A stretch of DNA of 64,000 bases from an uncultured Bacteroidales bacterium (GTDB lineage: Bacteria; Bacteroidota; Bacteroidia; Bacteroidales; VadinHA17): NCBI GenBank assembly GCA_963719235.1, contig CAVRBS010000014.1, positions 283,588 to 347,587 on the forward strand, given 5' to 3'. Under the pieces are notes generated by a model that saw only the letters and a program-made list of their open reading frames with translations, had not been told where the DNA came from and did no database searches. Of the stretch, positions 42,008 to 53,088 are shown in pieces. The translations under genes were made by a program, and so were the position numbers. Each line of letters opens with the position of its first letter. Positions within the stretch are counted from its first letter, which is position 1.

Positions 42008-43357
42008 TTATTTACTAACCGGAATAACAGTCTCCTTTTCAACGAGATCTTTTTCAAACCGAGCCCTTTCGAAAGTAAACCTGCCTGAAAGAAATTCCAT
42101 CAGCTTTGAGGTGTCTTCAAAGGCATTGCCCAGACATGTTGATGCACCCGGAGACGGTGTAATATTGAAGATTATGTTATCGCCCAGTATTTTTGCTTCC
42201 CCGAGTTCAAGTTTTTTTGTTGTATTGTTAATGATCTGGGGTCTTGTTCCTCCAACCTTTTTAGCAAATTTTATTTCGTCAAGTTTTACTTTCGGGACAA
42301 TTTTCCTGATCTCCTTAAGGAATGATCTTTTGCCTATCCATGGGAAGTCGTAAACCACATTTTTGAGAAGGTAGTTAAAAATTACCCTGTCGGAAGAGAT
42401 TTTGAAAATGCTTAAAACAGGCCTTATGCCTAAACCAAATGTTTTCCAGTATTCCCAGAAGGTGCTGTAGTTATACCTTTCCAGGAAGAATATCGGTTTT
42501 GCTGTAGGACCGAACCGTGTAATATTTTCATTGTTCACTTCCGGATCGCCATGGACGGCTGCAAAAGGGAGTTTGGGGATCTGCATCGTATAAACTTTGC
42601 CGTTAAGGACCCTCGGGCCGGTATAGAAACTTCCGGCCATCGACAGGATTGAATAGGTTTTACCATATCCGAGCGATTTGGCAAATTTAAGGCTATGGCT
42701 GCCGGCGGTTACAACGACGGCTCCCGTTTCAAAATCACCCTTATCAGTTTTAATTATAAAGTTATCCCCTTCGCGGATTATTTTTTCCGCCTTCGTAGAC
42801 ATGTACACAGATATGCCAGGGTTAAGAGTTTTTGCATTCTCTGCAAAAGAGTGACTTAACCTTCTGAAATCAACTGTATAACCATCTTCCGTCACAAGTG
42901 CAAGCAGTTCCTGACCCGGATCGCGTCCTTCCAGTACTCTTGGTTCTATTTTGCCTATCTCCTCCCTGCCGATCATCTTTAATTTGGGAAACAACTGACC
43001 AAAAGCAGGATACCTGTCACGTAAAGTTTTTACCTGTTCCTCGCCAACAGCAAGCACCATCTTTGGTACCTTAATAAAAATCCCTTCATCTCCCTTCACT
43101 GCTTTTTCATGCTCAAGGTAATGCATAACCATATCAGCGTAACGTTTTACCTTCTTTGCCTTTTCCAGGGTATAGTTGGTTTCAATATCGCCAAAATGAA
43201 GAGTCTGGCTGTTCATCCTGGGAGATGAGTTTACCAGTCCGTAGTCGGAATACTTTTCTATCAGGCCTATATTTTTGACATTTGTGTACTTGCTCAGGGT
43301 GTACAACAGCGCGGTACCGCTTACTCCTCCACCGATAATTATTACATCGTGTTTCAT
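42008..43357 (-). CDS. mqo: Malate:quinone oxidoreductase, Helicobacter/Campylobacter-like type
   Basis: GGGVSG FAD motif, SQTLHFGDIETNY, LPFAAVHGDP, NITPSPGASTCL; heads a TCA gene cluster. Confidence 0.78.
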   Translation of the reverse strand: MKHDVIIIGGGVSGTALLYTLSKYTNVKNIGLIEKYSDYGLVNSSPRMNSQTLHFGDIETNYTLEKAKKVKRYADMVMHYLEHEKAVKGDEGIFIKVPKMVLAVGEEQVKTLRDRYPAFGQLFPKLKMIGREEIGKIEPRVLEGRDPGQELLALVTEDGYTVDFRRLSHSFAENAKTLNPGISVYMSTKAEKIIREGDNFIIKTDKGDFETGAVVVTAGSHSLKFAKSLGYGKTYSILSMAGSFYTGPRVLNGKVYTMQIPKLPFAAVHGDPEVNNENITRFGPTAKPIFFLERYNYSTFWEYWKTFGLGIRPVLSIFKISSDRVIFNYLLKNVVYDFPWIGKRSFLKEIRKIVPKVKLDEIKFAKKVGGTRPQIINNTTKKLELGEAKILGDNIIFNITPSPGASTCLGNAFEDTSKLMEFLSGRFTFERARFEKDLVEKETVIPVSK

Positions 43358-43754
43358 TTCAACCAGAGACTATATGAAGTTTTAATTAAAAATATATTAT
43401 GTAATGCCATTCCCGAAATAATGTTACAAGAAAGTATATTTTTAAGAACAATACTCAGAAAGCTGTAATTATCAGGGCGAAAATTATCCTGAATGTCAGT
43501 AAAATGACAAACGAATTTGTCTTTTGTTTAACACCTGAGAGGTGGTTTTGTTTAACGTCAGATAGGAATGGTAAATAATTCTAATGAAAGAAGTACTGGA
43601 GCGTCACTAAATCAATCCTTATCTTCTGCGGGATGATGTGGATCAATCTTATGACCCCGACCAAAAAAAATACCAGCGCCGTCAGGTGCTGGTCATTTTT
43701 CTTTATCATCCGGGTCCACGGAAGTTTTCGATCCGCCAGCTGGCGGATGCAATC

Positions 43755-45603
43755 TCAGTCCTTTGTAATTTTGATATTGCTGATGTACAGTTTATCCGGT
43801 TCGCCGGTACTGCCATAAGTGAAAAAGGACACCGCATTGAACAACTGGTTTGCCGGGATAGCTTTTTCATATTCTGCAATCCTTACATCATCAATAAATA
43901 CTTGCAGGGTCTCATTGACTTTTTTAACAGTAACTTTAATGAGGTTATTCTGTTTGTTGTTGGAGAACCCCGGGGCAGCCAGCCACTTACTGCCAGTTAA
44001 ATAACCAGCCGGGAATTTTGTTTCAATTTCCGCTTCACCATCTTTTCCGTCATAACCGGGACGCAGCTTGAGCTTGATGTAAGACTCGGGGTTGCCTGCC
44101 GTTTTCTCATAGGCTAACTGAACCCATAAACCTTTCGCCCCCCATGTAAAGTTTTGTGCAGCAACCAGGTCATAGCTGAACGTGAAATTCTGAGGCAGAG
44201 GTGTCTTTAGCTGGGTGGGTGCAATTGTATAGCCGTTAACTACTGCCCAGTTGCCAGACAAACCTTCAGGGACTGCAATCACACTTGAGGTACCGTCAGT
44301 AGCTGCCCTGGCAGTCCACCCAAGCGGTTTTTTGCCAATTGCGGTAGTTGAGAAATCTTCAAAGAAATGAATGTTATTATCAGCTGTACTCCTTTTGCTG
44401 GCATCCGACGCCTCATTAACTATTACTGCTTCTTTAAATGCCGGATCACGCAATGGTTTGTACGGCTGGCCTTTTACTTTTTCCGGAGCGAAGAAAAAAT
44501 TGTAGACATACTCAAAATTAAAATTGTTGATGATGGCATCATGTTGGTGCTTTTCAACAATGTCGCCTGGATAATATTGCCAGCTGACAAGTATCCATTG
44601 AGGTTTATCCTGCTTACAGAGCTCCGTAATCGCCGGGTCCATCATGTAAACCGGAACTCTTCCTGATACTGATCCTTCTTCCGCCAGATCTATGTTAGTG
44701 AATATATCCCGCCCATTTGCCAGGGAAGAAATAGAGGGTTGCGGGCTGGTAAGTGCCGGTTCATCAAGACGGTTTTTGTATTTTTCACGGTTGCCTTCCA
44801 GACCGCTGCGAATGCGTTCCATTTTCTCATCCAGCCTCGTAATTGATCTGGCTAATCCTTCCGGATCACCCTGTTCTGCCTGAATGAGTTTTCTCTTCTC
44901 TTCCTCATAATATAAAGGTAAAGCCGTTTCCCATGCCTGTAAAAATTCTCCTTTGGTCAATTTTATAAAGGGAGATTTATTGTCTTTGCTCAATAAAACA
45001 TTTTCCAGTCCGCTTCCAGATCCCATATTTTTCACCCAGAAAGTGGGATGGCTTTTTAAGTTCGCCAGCCCGGTCAGGTCAAGGAATCTCTTTATTTTCT
45101 CATCATCTACCTCCGTCTCAGCAGTAGGCATTGTAAAATAATATCGCGTTGGCGTGCAGATATCCCTGACCGGCCAGTCGCCGGGTATCTCATTGGCAAA
45201 TATTTTCCACATCGCATGGCCGTCTGTCAGGAGTTCCATCTTATGACTGCTGTTGTATTTGAGCTCGTCATAGATTTTTGTGTAAGCTCCGTAACTCTGT
45301 GGTTTGGCAGCAGATATGCCTGTTATACAGCCCCGACCTCTCGGAAACATCCTTTTTCACATCTCCCCACCCGCCTTTGGGGATGTAGCTGGCCTGGATC
45401 CAGTTGACCAGTGAATCGCATATTGACAGCTGAGCAGCGGAATAAAGCTTCCCATCAACCTGCATGGGCTCTTTAGTGCCTTTATAATTATATACTTTCA
45501 TCCATCCTAATATGCTGTCCTCAATGGATTGCGGCGGGATAGGCTGAGCATTCACGGAAGCGACACCGACAATTAATAGGATTATTCCTGCAATTGTTTT
45601 CAT
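43755..45603 (-). CDS. Secreted hypothetical protein (frameshift near 45290); C-terminal beta-sandwich-like region
   Basis: MKTIAGIILLIVGVASVNAQ signal in ORF 45268-45603 joins ORF 43755-45350; FFEDFS...PLGW and LYISNIKI. Confidence 0.6.
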
Positions 45604-45636
45604 AACTGTTGTATTTAGGTCGTTTTTTTTCGTTCA

Positions 45637-47955
45637 CTAATTTCTAAGACCTGAGAGTGTTCCACTCGCTCCCCCGCTGTAACCGCTGTTGGTGCCCATC
45701 CTGTTATCTGCGCTGATTGAAACGCCGGCAGCAATTTTGGGTTCGGGTATTTCAACACCGGTACCTTTTGCAATTTCATTAATTAAGCCCAGGGCTTCGC
45801 TTCCGTCTTCCCCTATATCTGCCTCGACACTGGCTGCCATATCGAGTGTGGCGTTTTCTTTTACATAAAAGTCAGCAATGCCTTCAGGACCTAATTCTAT
45901 GCCTGCCCCCAGCTCTCCTTTCAATGACAATTCCACTGGTGCAGCAGCGGTAATGCTTTCAGGCAGAAGGCCCAGCGACCCGTCAATGCCTAACTCAATA
46001 CTGCCTTTGGTAAAACCGCTGGCGTCAAACTCGCCTTTAACTGTTACATCGACACCTTCGATGTTCTTGCCAACACTGACATTGCCGCTTACCATGTTCC
46101 CATCGGCATCAAACTTACCCCCGACCGTAAAATCCACAGCTTTAACTGTGACTCCCACAGAAGCCTCCGAAATCCTGCCGGTGTTAAAATTCTCTGTCCA
46201 TGATGCATTTACAGGAAGAAAAGTAGGATTGAATACCGTTATCATTTCATTGCAGCGTATGGTAATCTGGCCTGTAATCGGAACATATAATGTGGAGGAT
46301 GTTTTACAATTCACCTTATCATAATCCGGCAGTTCCCCTTTTTTAAATTCCTTCGCCTCTGGTATTATGCAGCCGGATGTATATAAATCATTCCTCAGCT
46401 CGATTAAAGTCTGAACGAACTTTCGTTTGATGTCTAGTACCATTGCCAGGGCAGCGCCGTCAGAAACTGCAGCCGCTGTTCCGTAGTAATAGGCGTTATA
46501 GGCCTCGCTTACCGCCTGCCTTACTTTTTCATCATTGTAGGCTTTGTTCAAAGAGTTTAAACTCCCGAGATACTTATTGATGATGGCTACACGCTCATTA
46601 CAGTTATCCATCACGTTCGAACCCCCGCCAAACAACTTATTAAAACGTGCCTCCTCCTCGTCCAATGCATCGCTGAATTCCTGTTTTAGCTTTGCCAGCT
46701 CCGTGATATAGCCGACCCACTTTTCACCTTCCGCCTCCATTTTATGATCACTGAAATTCGTGGTCAGATAATTATTAAACCGGTCAACCGCCCTGAAATA
46801 ATAGGGCGGAAAGCCAACATTCCGTGCCTTTATAGCTCTGGCGGCAATAATCTGCATTTCCTCTTCAGCCTGTTTTTCTGCAAGCCGGACAGCCACGGCC
46901 AGGCCTGCTGCTTCCGGCCTCAATTGCTCCCTGAAAAATTTCCATTCCTTTTCTGCCACACCGCCATCTGTCATGTCATAGTTCTTTGGTATCAGCGCGG
47001 TGTATGCCCCCAGATTAAAGGAAGTGGATACATAACTGCGGGGTATATAGTACTTTGGCAGCTGCGGTGGATTTTTCTCAAGCCTGCTCAGCTTATCCAC
47101 CTTGTTTTTTGTGGCACTGTGCTTTATCGAACGCTTTAATGCGGCAGTGGCTTCTGCAGTTTTTCCTTCCAACTCAAGGATCAGGCATTTCGTGTAGTTT
47201 GCCTGTGGATGATATGCGTACACCATGATGGCACTGTCAAGATATTTCTCAGCCAATTCCCCATCTCCAAGTTGAAGCCATGCCTGGCCAAGGTTATTCA
47301 GAATGGTGGAATTATTATGGTGAATACTGTTGAGTTTGGCCAGCACAGGGATGGCCATATGACCTGCTCCCAACATTGTTAAATATGCAGCATAATTATT
47401 ATAGTTATCTGCGTTGGGTAATGCTTCAACGGCCTTGCCCATCAGGTAAACAGCGGGCTCCTGCAGTCCCATAATCCACATGCCATTGGCCGTGGAGGTG
47501 ATCATGGCCCCGTAAAAGGGATCATCCTTAAAGGCAGCCATGGCTTTCTCAGCCAGCTCTTTAGAGGCAGGGGTAATAATTGAAGCAATTGAATTGTTTG
47601 TAGACTTTATATATGCCGGCAGCTCAGCATCTGTGAATAACTTTGCCGGTAATCCGGCTATCAGGTCAGTTCTTTTCTTCGGGATCACCATGCCATCTTC
47701 CTCCATGGCCATCCACAACCCGCCGTCCGGCATTTGTGGCACGTTATCGAAGGAAGGTGCAGCAATGCCCATTTCTTCCATCATTTTCTTATCCTCCTCA
47801 CTGAGGCTTTCCATTGCCTCCTTTGCTTCTTTTATCATCTCCTCCATTTCTTTTTGGGAGACAGCAACTTCTTGTGCTGACGTTGATGTTGGCAGGACAA
47901 ACAATAAATATCCAAGGAAGAACAGGTGCTTTAAAAGGAATTGGTTCTTTTTCAT
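45637..47955 (-). CDS. Secreted TPR-containing hypothetical protein
   Basis: Signal peptide, TPRs (NNYAAYL, ILNNLGQAWL.LG), helical middle, Gly/Val-rich C-terminal 200 aa. Confidence 0.65.
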   Translation of the reverse strand: MKKNQFLLKHLFFLGYLLFVLPTSTSAQEVAVSQKEMEEMIKEAKEAMESLSEEDKKMMEEMGIAAPSFDNVPQMPDGGLWMAMEEDGMVIPKKRTDLIAGLPAKLFTDAELPAYIKSTNNSIASIITPASKELAEKAMAAFKDDPFYGAMITSTANGMWIMGLQEPAVYLMGKAVEALPNADNYNNYAAYLTMLGAGHMAIPVLAKLNSIHHNNSTILNNLGQAWLQLGDGELAEKYLDSAIMVYAYHPQANYTKCLILELEGKTAEATAALKRSIKHSATKNKVDKLSRLEKNPPQLPKYYIPRSYVSTSFNLGAYTALIPKNYDMTDGGVAEKEWKFFREQLRPEAAGLAVAVRLAEKQAEEEMQIIAARAIKARNVGFPPYYFRAVDRFNNYLTTNFSDHKMEAEGEKWVGYITELAKLKQEFSDALDEEEARFNKLFGGGSNVMDNCNERVAIINKYLGSLNSLNKAYNDEKVRQAVSEAYNAYYYGTAAAVSDGAALAMVLDIKRKFVQTLIELRNDLYTSGCIIPEAKEFKKGELPDYDKVNCKTSSTLYVPITGQITIRCNEMITVFNPTFLPVNASWTENFNTGRISEASVGVTVKAVDFTVGGKFDADGNMVSGNVSVGKNIEGVDVTVKGEFDASGFTKGSIELGIDGSLGLLPESITAAAPVELSLKGELGAGIELGPEGIADFYVKENATLDMAASVEADIGEDGSEALGLINEIAKGTGVEIPEPKIAAGVSISADNRMGTNSGYSGGASGTLSGLRN

Positions 47956-48041
47956 AGGTCAAAAGAACAATTTGCAGATTCACAGTAATAACATCCGGAG
48001 GATGTATTTGTTCAGATACATATAATGGGTCTCTCACCAAT

Positions 48042-48075
48042 AAAAAAAAAGCCCTTCCCGGAAAGCGGAAGGGCT
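48042..48075 (-). terminator. Intrinsic terminator after the LysM gene
   Basis: A-run then AGCCCTTCC...GGAAGGGCT. Confidence 0.75.
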
Positions 48076-48131
48076 CTGTCTTTTGTATGAAACGAAAGCT
48101 AAGAATTTATACAGATGTCACCACGTCGGAA

Positions 48132-49064
48132 TTAATTTTTTATTTCCGGGCCTGCAGCTTCACTGTTTTTCACCGGTATCACCAGCTTCATACCCGTCAT
48201 GGGGAAGATTAGTCCCTCATTTGCATCCTTGATCTCACGTACGGTGACATTATATTTCTCGGCTATGTCTGACAGTGACTCGCCTTTTTTTACTTTGTGG
48301 TACGTCTTGGGTTCAGGCTTTGCTTTCTGTTTTTCAGGTGCTGGTGAAGCAGCCTGAGGTTGAGTTTGAGCAGAGGGCTGTTCCTGTTGCGGAACCGTGG
48401 TCTTTGTCTCAGCCGGAGTGGTGGCCTCTTTCTCCGGGGCCTCGCCGGCGGTGGGTTCCTCCTTCACAAAAGTCACGTAATCTGATGGTGGAATCCTAAG
48501 CGTCTGGCCAATCTGGATCTCATTGCGAGGGACATCATTTGCCCTGATGATTGCCTCAACAGTGACCTTGTAATCTCTCGACAATGAATATAGTGTCTCC
48601 CCTTTTTTGACTTTATGCATCCTATAGCCCTCAGACTCTGCCTTCGCTGCAGATCCGGCGGGCTTGTCTTCCTTCGCTGAAGTAACGGAGGCCGGTGGCG
48701 GTGTCTCCTTCTCAGGTTGAGCCTTGGTTTGCGGCTCATTGACGGCAGCTGCTGGTGCCGGCGGTTTAGATTTGCTCATTGCCGCGACAAGAGCACCTGA
48801 CTGAGGTACCCTGAGCACCTGACCCTCCTGTATCCCGTTGACGGGGATAACATTATTGCTTGTGATGGCATCGATGGTAACCTTATAGGTCTTTGCTATC
48901 GAATAGAGAGTCTGATCCTTCAGGACAAGATGCATATAATAGGTAGTACCATCCAGTACCACTTTCTGATCTGACACAGAATAGCTCACCTGTCCGGATA
49001 ATGTTGCCGGAATCAGCAATGCAACAATTAACAGGAAAACCGGTAGAATTCGAGTTTTTGACAT
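48132..49064 (-). CDS. LysM peptidoglycan-binding protein (3 LysM domains, Pro/Ala/Glu linkers)
   Basis: HLVLKDQTLYSIAKTY, HKVKKGETLYSLSRDY, HKVKKGESLSDIAEKY; signal peptide. Confidence 0.9.
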   Translation of the reverse strand: MSKTRILPVFLLIVALLIPATLSGQVSYSVSDQKVVLDGTTYYMHLVLKDQTLYSIAKTYKVTIDAITSNNVIPVNGIQEGQVLRVPQSGALVAAMSKSKPPAPAAAVNEPQTKAQPEKETPPPASVTSAKEDKPAGSAAKAESEGYRMHKVKKGETLYSLSRDYKVTVEAIIRANDVPRNEIQIGQTLRIPPSDYVTFVKEEPTAGEAPEKEATTPAETKTTVPQQEQPSAQTQPQAASPAPEKQKAKPEPKTYHKVKKGESLSDIAEKYNVTVREIKDANEGLIFPMTGMKLVIPVKNSEAAGPEIKN

Positions 49065-49135
49065 ACTTCTTGCTTTGTACAATGCAAATGTAATACTTTC
49101 ATATAAATGATCACATTATTCACGACATGTCACTT

Positions 49136-50902
49136 TCAGGTTGTAAACTGCAGCTCGGTCAGAGTCTTGTAGAGGCCATTGCCATTTGAAAGCAGTCCGG
49201 CATGAGTACCCTGCTCCACGATCGTTCCTTCATTGAGAACAATGATCGTGTCTGCTTTCCTGATGGTAGCGAGGCGGTGAGCTATGACCAGTGATGTGCG
49301 TCCCTGCATGAGCTTCTCAAGTGCTTCCTGGACGAGCCTTTCAAATTCGGAATCAAGTGAGGAGGTAGCCTCATCGAGGATCAGTATTTTAGGGTCTTTC
49401 AGGACCGCGCGGGCAATTGCTATGCGCTGACGCTGCCCTCCTGAGAGCTGTACGCCGCGCTCACCCACCACTGTGTCCAGCTTTTCAGGGAATGATCTGA
49501 TAAAGTCCCATGCATTTGCCTTTACCGCAGCGTTTATTATCTCATCGTCACCGGCTCCCGGCTTGCCGTAACGGATGTTCTCACGGATGGTTCCTCCGAA
49601 CAGAAACACATCCTGCATCACAACGGCCATCTGCGCCCTCAGGGCAGTGACGGGGAAAACACTGCTGTCACGGCCGTCAAAAAGGATCCGTCCGCTGTTC
49701 GGCTCATAAAATTTCAGTAATAAAGATGCTATAGTGGATTTTCCTGCGCCGCTGGGCCCTACAATAGCCACTTCCTGTCCGGGTTTAACGCTGAAGCTGA
49801 CATCCTTCAGGACAGTAACCTCGTCACGAGACGGGTACCTGAAACCGACTCCCTCAAAGTCGATCTGCCCGTGCAGGGTCTGCGAAGGATCGGGCACGTA
49901 GTTATCATCGATTTTCTCGGTAGGTTCATCAAGCAGTAACAGAAGGTTTTCAGCTGCCCCTATAGTCTTCTGCAGCCTGGTGTAGACACCTGCCATCCCG
50001 GCAATATTTCCTCCGATGAAACCTGAATAAATGACAAACGAGAACAACTCCCCCGCTTCCATCTTTCCTTCAGCTATCATCGCCGCACCACGCCATACCA
50101 CCGCTGCCATTGAAACAAAGAACCCCAGCACGATGAATGAGACTGCTGCCTGGTATTTGCCTCCCTTGATGCCGGTCCGGGCAACCTGTTCCGTTTTTTC
50201 CCGATACCGGTTGCTTTCAAAAGTTTCATTAGTGAACGCTTTGACATTCTGTATTCCCTGTAAGGTTTCCTCCACGATAGTATTCGATTCCGCCACATAT
50301 GACTGAGCCTTTTTTGAGTATCGCCGGATGGCTCTTCCCGAGTAAAAGGCGAACAGAGCCATGGCAGGCACAATAGCCAGAGTGAACAGCGTAAGCTGGT
50401 AAGAAGAGATCATCATGAAGGTTATGCCGCCGATAATGACAAGCATCTGCGAGAGGAGGTCGGCCAGGGTGCCGGTGAGCGAGTCCTGCAACAGGGCTAT
50501 ATCAGATGAGATACGGCTGTTGAGCTCTCCTACCCTGCGCTCAGAGAAGAACGACATGGGCAGCCTGATCAGGTGATTGTACAGATGCTGACGGATAGAA
50601 GCCAGCGTCTTCTCGGTCACCATTACAAAGAGCCTCGTGCGGAAGTATGAAAAGAGAGCCTGGGCAGTAAGTATGACGAGCAACAATATGCCTGTACGGC
50701 GAATTCCTTCAAGCATCTCCCCCTTGTTGGCTATGTCAACCATGTCGCCAAGGAGCTTGGGGAATAGAAGGCTGGCGCCCGTCGATACGAGAAGGCATAA
50801 CAGGCCAAGGGCAAAGATCCAGCCGTAGGGCTTCAGGAACATATACAGCTTCGACAGTTCCCTCAAACCGCTACCGGCCTTTTTGTTTTTCCTGTCTGGC
50901 AT
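49136..50902 (-). CDS. ABC exporter, fused TMD-NBD (MsbA/ABCB-like)
   Basis: Six TMs, GPSGAGKST, LSGGQRQRIAIAR, ILILDEATS. Confidence 0.93.
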   Translation of the reverse strand: MPDRKNKKAGSGLRELSKLYMFLKPYGWIFALGLLCLLVSTGASLLFPKLLGDMVDIANKGEMLEGIRRTGILLLVILTAQALFSYFRTRLFVMVTEKTLASIRQHLYNHLIRLPMSFFSERRVGELNSRISSDIALLQDSLTGTLADLLSQMLVIIGGITFMMISSYQLTLFTLAIVPAMALFAFYSGRAIRRYSKKAQSYVAESNTIVEETLQGIQNVKAFTNETFESNRYREKTEQVARTGIKGGKYQAAVSFIVLGFFVSMAAVVWRGAAMIAEGKMEAGELFSFVIYSGFIGGNIAGMAGVYTRLQKTIGAAENLLLLLDEPTEKIDDNYVPDPSQTLHGQIDFEGVGFRYPSRDEVTVLKDVSFSVKPGQEVAIVGPSGAGKSTIASLLLKFYEPNSGRILFDGRDSSVFPVTALRAQMAVVMQDVFLFGGTIRENIRYGKPGAGDDEIINAAVKANAWDFIRSFPEKLDTVVGERGVQLSGGQRQRIAIARAVLKDPKILILDEATSSLDSEFERLVQEALEKLMQGRTSLVIAHRLATIRKADTIIVLNEGTIVEQGTHAGLLSNGNGLYKTLTELQFTT

Positions 50903-51010
50903 TTTTGCGGATAATTACACAAGGATGCAAATATAGGGCAAACTTCATAGTGTTGGAACGCCGGTGAAGAATTACCCCGTTACTGAAATAATCTGAGGCA
51001 GAGTGACCAC

Positions 51011-52033
51011 CTACCTCATGGCTCTGTATTTTTTCATTATCTCCGATGTCCCCATCATAAAATCGAGATACTGTGCACGATGGTACGGGAGATCGTTACT
51101 GGTGTTTTTCCTTGAGAGCTTACCTCTGAAACTTTCTATGGTGTCGTATCCCTTAGAATCCATCCACTCTTCCAGTTCCTTTAACATTGCAGCGATGACA
51201 TCAATACCGTTTTTATAGAGAACGCTAACCACTTCAACACTGTCAGCGCCGGCCAGCAACATCTTTATCACGTCATGGCCGTTCAGTATCCCTGAGTTGG
51301 CACAGACAGATGCATTTACATTCCCGTAAAGCAATCCTGCAAAACGCAGAGGCAGCCTGTGATCATCGGAAGAGCTGAGATTGTAAGGGAAGACATGCTG
51401 TTCCGTGTGGGTGTTGATATCAGGCTGGAACAGGCGGTTGAACAGTACCAGTCCGTCTGCCTTCGCCTTGTCAAGTCCTGAGATTATCTTCAGCGGGTTT
51501 GTGTAGAACGGGCTGAGCTTAACAGAGACCGGGATTTTGACTGCTGCCTTCACATCATGAAGAATCCTGATCTGGTTTTTCTCAATATCAACGTTTCCCT
51601 CGTCCATTTTCTCAGGAAGGGTATAAAAGTTCAGCTCTATGCCGTCCACTCCTGTCTGTTCAATCATTTTAGCATATTCAACCCATGTCGCGTCATTGAC
51701 CGCATTCAGGCTGGCCAGAACGGGAATTGAAACCGCTTCCTTAGCCTTCCTTAAATTCATCAGATGTTCCAGCGGATCCTGGGAGACTGTTTTTGAGTTT
51801 GGAAATAGTGTGGTCATTTCAGCATTCCGCTCTTCGTACTCGGTCCTGAGCTCATACATCTCAAGGTTTTCAAGACTGATCTGCTCTTCGAAAAGTGATT
51901 TATAAACAACAGCTGCAGCGCCTTGCTCCTCCATCTTTTTCAGATCGTCAACATTAGTAACCAGGTTACAGGATCCAATGATAATGGGATTCTTCAGCTC
52001 AAGACCCATATACCTTGTTTTCAGGTTTGCCAT
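51011..52033 (-). CDS. Dihydroorotate dehydrogenase-like FMN protein
   Basis: YMGLELKNPII, KSLFEEQI, IPVSVKLSPF, VLFNRLFQPDI, KMLLAGA. Confidence 0.85.
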   Translation of the reverse strand: MANLKTRYMGLELKNPIIIGSCNLVTNVDDLKKMEEQGAAAVVYKSLFEEQISLENLEMYELRTEYEERNAEMTTLFPNSKTVSQDPLEHLMNLRKAKEAVSIPVLASLNAVNDATWVEYAKMIEQTGVDGIELNFYTLPEKMDEGNVDIEKNQIRILHDVKAAVKIPVSVKLSPFYTNPLKIISGLDKAKADGLVLFNRLFQPDINTHTEQHVFPYNLSSSDDHRLPLRFAGLLYGNVNASVCANSGILNGHDVIKMLLAGADSVEVVSVLYKNGIDVIAAMLKELEEWMDSKGYDTIESFRGKLSRKNTSNDLPYHRAQYLDFMMGTSEIMKKYRAMR

Positions 52034-52244
52034 TGCATTTCTATTTATAGGTTATTTACTCTTTTCTGACCTGACAATCATCTGATTTATATGACTCTTT
52101 CAGAGGCCAATAATCAGAGACTGTTGTACAAATATTAAACAATTCACATTTATTATTGTTCAATTATTGACCAGGCTGTGAAAAGACAGCTGGTAATAGA
52201 TGTTTAATAGTAATTTTAGTTTTTCATAATCAGTATTTTGCACG

Positions 52245-52913
52245 ATGGAGGAACATATAGTCAGGATTATCAGGATAGAACAGTTAACGCACGACGTTAA
52301 GAAATTCCAGGTTGACAAACCGCAGGGATATTCATTTATTCCCGGACAGGCTACCAACGTTTCGGTAAACACCCCTGAGCTAAGAAACAAAAAGAGACCT
52401 TTCACCTTCACCGGTTTAAACAGCGATCCGCACCTTGAGTTTATTATTAAGATTTATCCTTCACACAAAGGGGTTACCAGCGAAATGGACAAGCTGAGTC
52501 CCGGCGATGAAATTATCATCCGTGATGTGTGGGGAGCCATTACTTATAAGGGGGAGGGGGTCTTCATAGCAGGCGGAGCGGGTATTACTCCTTTTATTTC
52601 AATCTTCAGGGATCTGCGGGCAAAAAATGAGATCGCCGGCAACACACTGATCTTTGCGAACAAAACTAAAGCCGATATAATCCTTGATAACGAATTTAAG
52701 AACCTGTCAGGACTGGAATACATCAATATCCTGTCAGATGAACAGGCAGATGGTTATTATCACGGGTTGATCAGCGAGGAATTCCTGAAAACGCGTATCA
52801 GCAATTTCAACAGAAGATTTTATTTATGCGGTCCGCTGCCCATGATGAATGCCTTGAAGAATCAACTGGCAAACCTGGGCGTCGGCAAGAATTCTATCGT
52901 TGTGGAATTTTAA
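52245..52913 (+). CDS. FAD/NAD(P)-binding ferredoxin/flavodoxin reductase-like oxidoreductase
   Basis: FIPGQA, RPFTFT, FIAGGAGITPF, FYLCGP. Confidence 0.88.
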   Translation: MEEHIVRIIRIEQLTHDVKKFQVDKPQGYSFIPGQATNVSVNTPELRNKKRPFTFTGLNSDPHLEFIIKIYPSHKGVTSEMDKLSPGDEIIIRDVWGAITYKGEGVFIAGGAGITPFISIFRDLRAKNEIAGNTLIFANKTKADIILDNEFKNLSGLEYINILSDEQADGYYHGLISEEFLKTRISNFNRRFYLCGPLPMMNALKNQLANLGVGKNSIVVEF

Positions 52914-53088
52914 CATCCGCCGGGTGCCAATGTGTCTCTCAACCAGGGAGAAGTTCCTGCGAAAAACTTAAGATCAAAACAACCGGGCAAAGAGAAGTCT
53001 GCCCGTACTGACTGTATTTAATTTTACGACTTCTTTTGCTTTCGGGACGAATCCTGCTAATTTTGTATGTTACCTTGCCTCTCGCGTT

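Noticed and set aside
34890-48000. Intact prophage or integrative element at tRNA-Pro
   Set aside because: No integrase, relaxase, phage gene or distal att copy was seen; kept only as a weak junction signal
48280-48800. Pro/Ala/Glu-rich repeats in the LysM gene
   Set aside because: Ordinary low-complexity linkers between LysM domains
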